This document shows positions 52,613 to 64,000 of a stretch of 64,000 bases of DNA, piece after piece. Source of the DNA: Chrysomallon squamiferum. Taxonomy: Eukaryota > Animalia > Mollusca. Numbering within the stretch: the first letter of the stretch is position 1; every line of letters begins with the position of its first letter. Below the pieces are notes generated by a model. The model was not told the DNA's origin. It was given only the letters and a program-made list of their open reading frames with translations, and did not search any database. The stretch spans positions 8,246,001-8,310,000 of the forward strand of contig CM022679.1 of assembly GCA_012295275.1 (NCBI GenBank). The letters run 5' to 3'. A program made the translations under genes and the position numbers.

Positions 52613-53948
52613 CTGTGAACAAAAACAAAATATATTAGATAGAAATTAATAGAAAACATCTTGGCATGAATATATATATATATACTGCAAAACTTATATA
52701 TATATATTTAATAAATTTAAATTACAAACAGTTAACTATAAACATATCCACACACATACATATATACACAACAAACACACATACAGACATACACACACTT
52801 ATAAGTCCTCTCTCAATATTACATACTCACATGGTGTCCAGTTTAAAAAAATATAATATTTAAAAATAAAAAAGTAAAAAAAATAAACATTGCTCCACAA
52901 TCTGTCATAATAATGTTTAACACAAAACGAAATCCACCCACATCAAAAACATCTACTGTATGAAAGAAATTATTAACAGTATAACACAGTCATCATTAAC
53001 TGGAGACACAGAAAACATTCAATACAAAATAAAATGAGTTGTTTTTACGTTACTTCAATCACTGTTTATCCTGATGCTTTACACTTCTTCAAAGCTCGTA
53101 AGACTATTTATTTTTAAAATTTTCTTTACATCTCTTAACACATTTAATATACAATGTCACTACAACTATGACCGTAGTACAGGAGGTAATAACACAAGCA
53201 GAGAATGATGTGTGAGTATAAATTAATACATTTTTTTTTTTACCTGGGGGATGGAAAAGCCGAGAGCTGTAGCACCTACACAGTCCAGGTGTTCAGCCAG
53301 GTACCTGACAAACGAGTCTGTACATCCCTCTGTATAGATTGTCGTAAACACCTGTAACAGAGTGTAACAGATAAACATGTTATATATCGTAAACACTTGT
53401 AACAAAGTGTAACAGATAAACATGTTATATATCGTAAACATCTGTAACAAAGTGTAACAATATAAGCATTTTATATATCGTAAACATCTGTAACAAAGTG
53501 TAACAAATAAACATGTTATACTGTAAACACCTGTAACAAAGTGTAACAAATAATCATGTTATATTGTAAACATCTGTAACAAATATACATGTTATATATC
53601 GTAAACATCTGTAACAATATGTAACAAATAAGCATGTTCTCATAAAAATCTGTAACAATGTGTATCTTTTAAATTTTTTACATTGTAAACATCTGTAGCA
53701 TGTAACAAATAAACATGTTACATTATAAACATTTGCAGTAATGCATAACAAAATTTGTTTACACCATAAACATGTGTAAACATGTGTAAATTAAAATAAT
53801 AACAGTTGATATTAAATATATGCTGACATATTATTCAACATAACTACTGTTAATTCACAACTTGAATTATATATTACACACACACAAAGTTCTTTTGACT
53901 GAAGGATCTATGTGACATTTTGTGAAAAATATAAATCAAAAGTGTAAA

Positions 53949-54006
<58 letters not shown>

Positions 54007-54169
54007 TGTATGTATGTATAAAAAAAATAACAGAAAAATGTGCATAATTAAATTTCAGCTAAGAACTCACAGAGGTATTTCCAATAATACCATAGCCACA
54101 GTTAACTGGAGGTTCTGCTTCCTGAAAAGTATAAAATAAAAATATGTTTAACAACAATTTTCATACTTC

Positions 54170-54261
<92 letters not shown>

Positions 54262-55225
54262 TATATTTAATAAAGTCCCAAATTTGTTTCTTAAGGATTT
54301 TAGAATGATTTACTTTAAAAAACTAAAAATAAAAAAACTGTTTTTCACATGTTCTATTTTCTTTCTTACTCAAGGAATAATCCTTCACAAATAAAAATAA
54401 TCAAAACAAAAAAAAAAAAAAAAAACAAAAAAAAAACAACAAAACAACCCTCATGATTAGAAATTTAAAAAACCACATATTTTTGGTGACACTTAATTAT
54501 AAAATGCACATGTGAATATTCATATATCAACATAGACATACACATATACAATAATTTAAATTTATTTACCTTGATTCATTTACAACACGAGTGAGGGACT
54601 CCGCAAGCCTGGGGTTTGTCAGACACACAGGAGAAGTCAGAATTCTTAGTACTGTAGTCTTCATATGTCTCAAATCCACAACAACTGAACTGTAAGAGAA
54701 ACTTTGTATATCATACAGACAGACAGACACACACACACACACAGGAGAAGTCAGAATTCTTAGTACTGTAGTCTTCATATGTCTCAAATCCACAACAACT
54801 GAACTGTAAGAGAAACTTTGTATATCACACATACATACAGACAGACAGACACACAGACACACACACACAGGAGAATTCTTAGTACTGTAGTCTTCATATG
54901 TCTCAAATCCACAACAACTGAACTGTAAGAGAAACTTTGTATATCACACATACAGACACAGACACACATACACACAGACACACACACATACTAAGGAGAA
55001 GTCAGAATTCTTAGTAATGCAATCTGCATGTCTCAAATCCACAACCACTGAACTGTAAGAGTATACTAAATATTAGAAACTTTGTGTATCACACTCACAG
55101 GCATATATACACACACACTAAAATAATCAAAAAATTTGAAAATAATGTAACAATATACTAAATATTAGAAACTATATATCTCACCCACTCACTCACACAC
55201 ACACACACACACACACTCACACACA

Positions 55226-55260
<35 letters not shown>

Positions 55261-57861
55261 TAGGGGACAGACTTTGAGAAAATAATGGAGTGTAACTAAA
55301 TCTTAGACTCACACTCTGCAGTTTTTCGTGATTATTTCAAATGAAATTACATAATGAGAATTCCTCACTGATGTGTTATTAAATATTTATAAATTAATTT
55401 ATTTTCTGAATGATGAAAACAACCTGTCTCTGGATGTAGTCCATGGCAGACTGGATTCCTGAACTCTGAGTGTAGCCTTCCACTCCGAACATCAACTCTC
55501 GACTCAGAATCCCTGGAACCTGAAAATAACAAAAATAAAACCTTTAACACACCACGAAATTACATTACTGTGATTTAATATGAAATTGTATGTTAGCAAT
55601 AAAAGAAAAAAACCATACAAAAACTAAACAAAAAATACTAATAAAAATAAAAAAAATTTAAAAAATTAAAATAAATAAATAATAATAATAATAATAATAA
55701 TAATCATAGTAATAATAATAATAATACTTATTTTATAAGTTAGCTTATTGAAAATCATCATAATAAAAATGATATGCTGAATTTTGTATTTTTAATTTTA
55801 ACTATTATAATAATTATTACGATTAACAATAATAAAATAATAACAACTCCAACAACAAAACAACCTAACAAGAAAATATTTTAACTGCTAAAAACAGAAA
55901 AGATATAAGAAAATGTGCATTCAAGTCAGAATTCCAACTCAATGAAAATATTAACCATTAATATCTGTCTTTTAAAGAATAAAAATGTTCTTATTTCTTA
56001 CAGAGTTGCTGTTATTGTAGTAGTTGTTGTTGTCATTATTACCATTATATTATTATCATTATTAACATCATTATCATTATTAATTATCTGAAAGGAAAAA
56101 TACATGGCATTTGGGTTTTTTTAATTTGGAAATTCAATAAATACTGAAAATATTTTAAATTCATTTGGCCTTACTTCTGTTCTGAAACACAAAAATACAA
56201 AATTCAGCATTTCATTTTTATTATCATGATTTTCAACAAGATAACTTTATAAAATATTTCAGTTTGTTTACAAATTCACCATGGTTACACATCACAGTAC
56301 ACCAGTCACTGGTGTTAACAGATGATAGATTCTGACATAAAATGACATGACACAAGGTCAAAGGTCAGTTCACACCATCAAATCCATAGGGAGTAAATAA
56401 AACAAGAGATCTGATTGGCAGTAATATGTGACAGTTATCGTTTGTACAGATAGTGTTAATCATTATGATATCCAACTGTTACCATGACAATGATGAGGGA
56501 ATCAGAATCACTGATGAGTGAATTGGGTAAAATTAATAATTACTTCTGCATCAGTAAATAAGAAATCTTACAAGCTTTGTGTATGTTTGTGTGCATTTGA
56601 GCATTTGAGATTTAAAATACTATCTCCTAATGTATGGTTTAAAATCATTAAATTATATACACAAAAATAAGACTCTTTCTTGGATAAACATTTTTTAATT
56701 TTATAAAACATTCATAAAAATGAATATTTCTAAAAGAATAGTAAAATTAATGACCATTTTTAAAAAGTCTCATGTAATATTATCATAATTAAAAAAAAGC
56801 TTTTGATAATTTTTATATATTTTACATCAAATGAATACAGCATGCCATGAATATTGAAATATCTTTATCTAAAATATGAATAAATAAATTTTTAAACAAA
56901 TAATGAATAGATATATAAATATGGAAATAAAATGGGAATGTAAAATCAATAATTACATTAAAAAATATAAAATTAATATTAGTTGATTATTTTTACAAAA
57001 GGGGTTTATACATGAACCTAGATGCTTAGTTCAGATATTATTTGAAAATCTTTCAAAAGGACTAAAAATAAACCCCAGCAAAATGTCTAAAATCCTCTGA
57101 CAAAAACAGTAAAATTCCCAATACTTTGATAAAACAGTTAAAATTCCCAGTACACCGTAAAAACAGCAAAATGTCAGCTGTTACTGACACGGTTGAGTGA
57201 TTATTTGGTCTCGCACCAATAAATCAATACATTATCTAACAAAATGCACTCTGCATATGTCTGAGAAAAACAAAGAAACATTTTAATGTTTATCAAAAGC
57301 TGGTAGTCCACACTGTGTGATACTGAACATACTGTAAACAAATGAATAAAACAGTGTTTCCATGTGTGTTGTCATATAAGCTAATAATAATATTCTGTGT
57401 TGAAAAATAAATAAAAACTAAATCTATTGTATATTGTTCTTTTGTTACTGCTGCAACTACCACTACTACTACTGCTACTACTACAACTACTACTAATTAT
57501 TATTATTATTATTATTAATGTTGTTTCAACATCATCATCATCTTTATTATTATTACTGTTATTATTAATGTTGTTTCATCATCATCATCATCTTCATCAT
57601 CATTATTATTATAATGTCTAGGGATTTTGAAAGACAATTTGATTATGTTAATTTACTAAAAGTTTAAGTACGCTATTCTGGTCAGACTTTCTAGCTGTCT
57701 GGTCAGTTTGACCTTGGAGAGGAGTCAGTGTTTAAGAGAAAGTCTGTCAAGTGTCTATGGATTTGCCATTCTGAATCTGTTAAACTTTCTAACCCAGATC
57801 TTTATTACCATTTCTGTTTACAAGAAAACACTGGCTTGACTAGTTAAACATAAACTAAATG

Positions 57862-57897
<36 letters not shown>

Positions 57898-59736
57898 TAA
57901 TACTATATAAACTACTTGATGTACTTTTAAATTTGTAATTTAATGTTTGGAATAATAATAACAATAACAAGAAAAAGAAAAAAAAAGTGGCTACAGTAAG
58001 TAGTAGTAGTAATAGTTGTTGCTGTTGTGGTTGATGTAGTAGTAGCAGTAATTGTAGTAGTCATAGTATTAGCTTTTGGTCATTACACTGTGTTGTGATG
58101 GTGGTAATAGTAATAAAAGCAGTAGTTGTAATAGTAGAAGTAGATGTAGCTGTAATTTTTCAAAAATTCAACAGAAACTCTTTACTAAAGAACAAATCAT
58201 ATTTTGTACCTGGCTGTACAACTTAAAACAAACACTAAAAATATCTGTCTATTTGGAAAATAGTTAACACTGCCATATAAAAAAAAAAAAAAACACAAGA
58301 CAGATTCAACAAAGAAATATTCTGTTTTTAACTCTGTCTATTTCAAAATGTTAGGAGGTGGGAACACAAAGAAATACTCAGAGAGAGTCTGACTGTGTAT
58401 TTCAAAATGCTAGGAGGTTTGTCGGAACAGTTAACAAAACTTGACAAACACTGAAGACAGAAATGATGAATGCTCCAACATTAAGCTTACAAACTGTCAA
58501 CTGAAATGATCAATAAAATTATCAAATACAATGAAAAGCTCTCATGCATAATTAATGTAAGAAAATTTAAATGTCAAAGAAGAGTTTCAATTACATAAAA
58601 ATAAAATAAAATAAAAATAAAAAATAATGAAAAATAATAAAAAAAAGGAAAATAAAAAAAGGAAATAAAAAAAGAAGAAAAGAAAAAGGAAAGATAAAAA
58701 AAGACAAGTTAATAAATTTGTGTCTGATATTTTTCTGTCTAGATATTTTTTGTCTGAGGCTATATTTAAACTCTGATATGTTTTTGGGGGACAATGTATG
58801 TATGCTTGTATATTCATATCCTTACACACACACACACACATTCACACATACACTCATGCACACACTCATACACAGATATATTATTGCACAGGTTACATGC
58901 AGTGTATATATGTGTATGTGTGTATCATATACACATCTATTTATCTCTCTTTTTCTGCTCTCTCTCTCTTTCTCTCTGATACACATGCATATCAAAGCTG
59001 CTGTATTTATTATTACTATATTGAATTTTTATATTGAAAATATATATATATATATATACACACTTGAAAGAAAAAAATCAATATAGTAATATGAAAAAAT
59101 AATCAAAAATCAATATCTGGAAGATTGTATGGCTATTAACTAGATACAAATTATACATACTGTCCTAATCAATACACTTATTACTAACTTATTTATAATT
59201 GCAGAACGTCAGATATTGACATGGGACGAAGACAACTTGATTATTTTTAATTACTAAAGGTTCAAGTATGCTATTCTGGGCAAACTTCCTAGCTGTCTGG
59301 TCAGTGTGACCTAGGACAGAGGCTGATATTTGAGAAGATGTCTGTGGTGTACAGATCTGCTGATTAACAACTCAGAGAGACACACACTCCTGTAACAGAG
59401 CAGATAATGGTAATTTAACTGTCTCCCAGTACGAGTCGGAACAGGAAATAAGCTGATGGATCAGTGTGAGTTTGATATTCAAGCTGTTATTTAGAGATCT
59501 TTTCAGAGAGAGCTGAATCTTGTTTAAAAGGAAAATGGTTTCAGACTTTGGAGTGTAAAAAAAAAAAAAAAAACATGACATTTGTATTAATGTCTTTAAT
59601 TTGGCTCAATTGAAATATAAATTAAATACTTTTTTTTTTTTTAAAAAGGAAGAAAAGAGTATATTTATTTAATTCAAAACATAATTTAATTCAAAAAATA
59701 ATAAACAAATAAATAAATACCTAAATAAATAAATAA

Positions 59737-59767
<31 letters not shown>

Positions 59768-61246
59768 AAAAAAACAGAATTCAGAAAGGAAAACATTTCT
59801 GTTGCCATAACAACCACTACTGGTAACACACAACCACAGACAGTCAGACAAAACGTTTTATTATATTTTTATTTTTTATACCAGCCGATTGTGCAATGAA
59901 GCCATTTAATAATTTATCTCTTAAGAGGATTGCGCAAGTTTTACTTTAGTTCCTGGCTCTCATTAATTCATTACCATTTAAAAACATCCAGTGTTTCAGG
60001 ACCAGTGTTGATGGTGATTGTGGAAGGAGAGAGATTGCTGTTGAGATGGGAATCCACATCATGTGTAATTACTGTCTCAACAAAATCTATTTTATAGAGT
60101 TCATCTATGCCATTATTTGTCCAGTACAGATATTTATGGAGCAGACTGAGAAATAAAAAAAACAAAAAAAAAAAAAAATAAAAAAAATAGAAGAAAAAAA
60201 AAAAAAAAAAAAAAAAGGTAAAAACAAAACAAGAGAGAAACTCAGGAAATTATAATACAGTTATTTGGAATTTATTTATTTATTTATATTTCATTAATTT
60301 TATTCTTATTTTTTCAGTTTAATTTATAACTTATTGTTTTTGTGGGTTTTTTGGAAACTGTTAATTTATTAGTATTAATGGGTTTGTTTTGTTGCTTTTT
60401 GTTTTGGGGTTGATTTTTTTTTTTTTTTTTTTTTTTATCAGTTTTTAAAGATTTTTTGTGACTTTACAAACTGGAATTTTACTATTAAATAAAAAATATA
60501 TATGGTAATTTCAATATTACTTATTATGTTAAATTACAGAGATTAAAATCACAAAAAAGGAAAGCATCTTTTGTCTTGAGAATGATAAAAATAATAATAG
60601 TAAAATAAAAAAATAAGTAACGATTTGTAATAACATTCACAACTCAACTACAAAAATTAAATTCAAAATAATAATAATAACAATAACAATAATAATAACA
60701 ATAACAACAATGATAATTATTATTCAGTAATAATAACAGTAATAATAGCAGTAACAAGAGCAATAATAACAATAATAACAATAAAAACAATAATAATAAA
60801 TAAATAAATAGAATAAATAAATAAATAGAATAAATAAATAATATAAAATGCAAGACCATAATTTATGTTCAGAATGTCTTCTTTTTTTCCCAAATGCTTA
60901 AACAAAATAAAAATAATAATAAAGGTTATTAAGTTTGATAAGCTGCACAAAGATAAGAGATAAAATAAATTGTTTATAATATTAAAATAACATAGTTATT
61001 TATTTTTTTATGATACATTCAGAAAAACAAATCAGCATGAATGACATCTTTGTTTTTAAATCAATGATTCAGTTAAAACTAACTAAAATCTGAAGAAAAG
61101 AAGTTTTGACTTGAGATTTAAAAAAAGAAACAAAAAAAAAGTTTCTTTCTCTAATTAAGATTTTTTTTAAATCTTTTTTCAACCTCATTACTCAGTAACC
61201 TGCAGCAAATTTTTGAAAACTTCATAAAAACACAGTATGAGGATCT

Positions 61247-61285
<39 letters not shown>

Positions 61286-61939
61286 GTGTGAGACAATATG
61301 TGTGTACGTGTGTGTATATGTGAGAGTGTGTGTATAGATGTATGTATGTATGAGTGTGTCTTTATGGAAGAGAAAATGTATCTGTGAGTGTGTGTGTGTG
61401 TGTGTGTGTTCAAAACTGTATGCAGAATTACTGATATAAAACACAAAATTAGAGAACCAAGAACAATTTTAGAAAAGAAAAAATAAATATTGTTAAAATA
61501 TGTAGGCAAATGACAATATTATTATATATATATAAATAATAATAATCATTAAAACATATAATGATTTCAGTTTTGAAAATATTATATTAACTTGTATTTT
61601 TTTCTTGACATTTACTTTTGTATTTTAACAACGTTTTGTGCATTCTAATGTACTGTTGTGGATGTTTATTTAATTAAAACAAAAAATGAAGATAAAACTA
61701 TTTTGAATCCCATGTTAACTACGTATCAGATAACATTGTAAGTAATATATGGAGAGATAATGTATATCTCAATCATCTCTGGGGTTTTTAAATGTAATCA
61801 TGTTTACACAGTGAAAACAAAACATGTCTTGTATAAACAGTGCAGGGTTAAATACAACATGTTACAGCTGTCACATTTCAGATTCAGCAAATGTTCTGTC
61901 ATTCAGCATGCAAGACCATGCATTCATTCATTCATCAAA

Positions 61940-61971
<32 letters not shown>

Positions 61972-63272
61972 GTTAGGAATCAAGTATGTTTTTCTAAAAT
62001 ACTTATTTTAAAATATTAATCACTAAAATTATTCAGTTTTAAGCCTTTTTTCAATTACTGATATTGGAAAGTTGGTTAATTCAAATTACCAGATCTGTTT
62101 TGAATTGGAATATTTATTAATTATCCAAAAGTGTATAAAAACTATTACTTGTTACAAAATCAGAGATATTTAACAACTTATGACTAGATTGTTTTCAATA
62201 CAAAATGTCTTCTTTTTTATCTTTTTTTTTTTTAAAATTATGAAAATTATGAAAAAAGAATTTAATACTTTTACTGTTAAAAAAAATCTCCAACATTTAA
62301 CAAGTTTTAACTGAATTTTTAACATTTTAAAATTGCTTCTTGAAAATTATGAAAATTATTAAATAATATTATTATTATTCTTATCATCACTGGTTACAAA
62401 AATCTCTGAGATTTAACATCAAACAGAAGAAAAGGTCAACGGATTTCTCGATGTTAAAACTGCGGCTATTTTGGGGGATTCTGTTTAATGATTTTTATGG
62501 TTTGGGGTGAGAGATACGACGGCCGTATTTCTCAGTTCCGTAATGATCTGCGAGTTCCCCAGATTAGCTGAGTACACAGGCTTTACGCATAATCTGGCGA
62601 TCAATAGGAGCCAATCAGGACAATTTGTTAACGACGACACCAAATACAACACTCGCAGTTTGTCAGTTTAAACACACGCGGAATCAATACACAGCTAGAT
62701 GACACCCAACTAGACACTTGGTAACACAAGAAACGAACAAAAAAAACCCCCAGAAAATTGAGACAAAATATAAAAAAAAAAAAAGAAAAAAAAAAAAAAA
62801 AAAAAAAAAAAAGCAGATGAAAGAAAAATTAAAAAAAAAGAAATAATGAAAAAAAAAAAAAAAAAAAAAAAAAATAGAAAAATGAAGAAAAAAAAAAAGA
62901 TGAATAAACCTGTATTATATAAAAAATTAAAAAGATAAAATAAAATAAAATAAAAAGCTGAATAAACAATTTTCTAACTTAATATAAGAATTTAAATATT
63001 TATGGAAATGAATGCAGAATTATTAGTCTGTTGAATTAAGTATGGTTATTATTAAGTAAATAAAAATAAAACTGCATCTAACAAAAATAATTTTAATATT
63101 AACTGAAGTTGTATATAATTGGAGAGTAATAACAGAATATTTATTGACTTGTGCTAGACGATACAAACATTTTATAAGAAATTAGAGAATCTTTTCAAAA
63201 CCCAGCTTGTCTGGTAATAAAATAAATATAGACACACACACACAAACACACAAACACACATAAACACACACA

Positions 63273-63314
<42 letters not shown>

Positions 63315-63425
63315 ACAGATATAAAAATATCAATGAAGTAAGTAACCTACCTGTTTTCTGTAAATATAAGCTATGATTCCAATTGTCACTTGGATAAGAA
63401 AAACAATTACAGTCACCACCAGAAA
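52526..63425 (-). CDS. Tetraspanin, TspanC8 subfamily (TSPAN5/14/15/17/33-like), spliced, 5'-partial
   Basis: Six phase-0 exons giving TM3, DYIQRQFSCCG, DFSC, CGVPHSCC, NCGYG, IYTEGC (8 Cys in the large loop), TM4 and tail; in-frame TGA at 54576-54578. Confidence 0.9.
53244..53351 (-). CDS. Tetraspanin loop end/TM4 exon
   Basis: VFTTIYTEGCTDSFVRYLAEHLDCVGATALGFSIPQ. Confidence 0.9.
53341..53745 (-). repeat. About 45-bp tandem array spanning a tetraspanin acceptor
   Basis: About 9 units of gtaaacacctgtaacagagtgtaacagataaacatgttatatatc (plus strand). Confidence 0.9.
54071..54121 (-). CDS. Tetraspanin large-loop exon 3
   Basis: ttttcag|EAEPPVNCGYGIIGNTS|gtgagt. Confidence 0.87.
54174..54266. 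repeat. (TA)n microsatellite
   Basis: Direct reading. Confidence 0.9.
54570..54689 (-). CDS. Tetraspanin CCG exon
   Basis: FSCCGFETYEDYSTKNSDFSCVSDKPQACGVPHSCCK*IK, 120 nt. Confidence 0.87.
54690..55095 (-). repeat. Three partial tandem copies of acceptor plus 5' half of the CCG exon
   Basis: Copies start at 54803, 54922 and 55052; each ends in a CA/GT microsatellite. Confidence 0.92.
55424..55519 (-). CDS. Tetraspanin large-loop exon 1
   Basis: VPGILSRELMFGVEGYTQSSGIQSAMDYIQRQ, 96 nt. Confidence 0.87.
55730..56255. repeat. Inverted repeat, about 64-bp arms, about 400-bp spacer
   Basis: 55730-55793 is the near reverse complement of 56191-56255. Confidence 0.8.
56351..56491. promoter_or_regulatory. 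Candidate intronic enhancer (DR1, CCAAT, X-box-like)
   Basis: AGGTCAaAGGTCA 56355-56367; ctgattggc 56411-56419; gttaccatgacaat 56478-56491. Confidence 0.35.
57630..59365. repeat. Dispersed direct duplication (57630-57775 vs 59229-59365)
   Basis: Shared aagacaa.ttgattat...gctattctgg.ca.act..ctagctgtctggtcagt.tgacct. Confidence 0.75.
62440..62700. promoter_or_regulatory. CpG-rich intronic patch with CCAAT box; candidate internal promoter/enhancer
   Basis: About 15 CpGs in about 260 bp against a CpG-poor background; gccaatcag 62610-62618; ttacgcataa 62583-62592. Confidence 0.4.
63351..63425 (-). CDS. Tetraspanin TM3 exon
   Basis: ttcag|FLVVTVIVFLIQVTIGIIAYIYRKQ|gtaggt, 75 nt. Confidence 0.85.
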
Positions 63426-63435
63426 CTGAAATATA

Positions 63436-63830
63436 ACAATATTAATTATTACAAATTCTAATTTAAAACAACATTAATCATTAGAAATTCTAAATTAAAA
63501 ACAACATTAATCATTACAAATTCTAAATTAAAACAACATTAATCATTAGATATTCTAAATTAAAACAATATTAATTATTAGAAATTCTAAATTAAAATAA
63601 TATCAGACACTAGAAATTCTAAATTAAAACAATATTAATTATAAGAAATTCTAAATTATAACAATATTATTTATTAGAAATTCTAAATTATAACAATATT
63701 AATCATTAGAAATTCTAAATTAAAACATTAATCATTAGAAATTTAAATTAAAACAATATTAATCATTAGAAATTTTAAATTAAAACAACATTAATTATTA
63801 AAAATTCTAAATTAAAACAATATTAACCAT
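63436..63830. repeat. Minisatellite, about 32-bp unit, about 12 copies
   Basis: aacaatattaatcattagaaattctaaattaa variants abutting the TM3-exon acceptor. Confidence 0.88.
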
Positions 63831-64000
63831 TGTGATAAAATAAAATTTCAAACCAATATAAGTAACCATTATGAACTGAAATTTCAAATTCAATATTCAT
63901 CACCATTAATATTATAAACTTAAATTTAAAACCTAATATTAGAAACTAGAAATGTTATCTTAAATCAGTATTAGACACATTTAAAATCTAATATTAGTCA

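Noticed and set aside
54566-54987. ORF-track repeat peptide VVVDLRHMKTT
   Set aside because: Wrong frame of the duplicated CCG exon; the real frame is FSCCGFETY.
56490-56515. C/D-box snoRNA motifs (ATGATGA...CTGA)
   Set aside because: The boxes are too close together and antisense to the host gene.
59195-59581. Minus-strand ORF continuing past a TGA for about 57 codons
   Set aside because: No recognisable protein, and the paralogous repeat at 57630-57775 does not keep the frame.

Overview
AT-rich, microsatellite-rich animal genomic DNA (invertebrate; lophotrochozoan/mollusc-like by impression only). It holds two convergent intron-rich genes. (1) WDFY3/ALFY (Blue cheese) is on the + strand, with 63 coding exons traced from 408 to the stop at 39478 (5' end upstream of the window); it encodes the ConA-like, PH-BEACH, WD40, LIR and FYVE regions. 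(2) A TspanC8-type tetraspanin (8-Cys large loop) is on the - strand, with 6 exons from 63425 to the stop at 52526 (5' end beyond the window). About 13 kb of non-coding DNA lies between the two stops. Most ORF-track entries are microsatellite artefacts or exons read into introns. Most notable observations: several introns are built from tandem copies of their own splice junctions (decoy acceptor/donor arrays, partial CCG-exon copies); a candidate 78-nt WDFY3 cassette exon; a Tigger4/MER46-like MITE; an in-frame TGA in the tetraspanin loop; a candidate poison exon; and four WDFY3 coding lesions that are probably assembly errors. All comparisons to human WDFY3 or repeat consensus sequences are from memory, not from searches.
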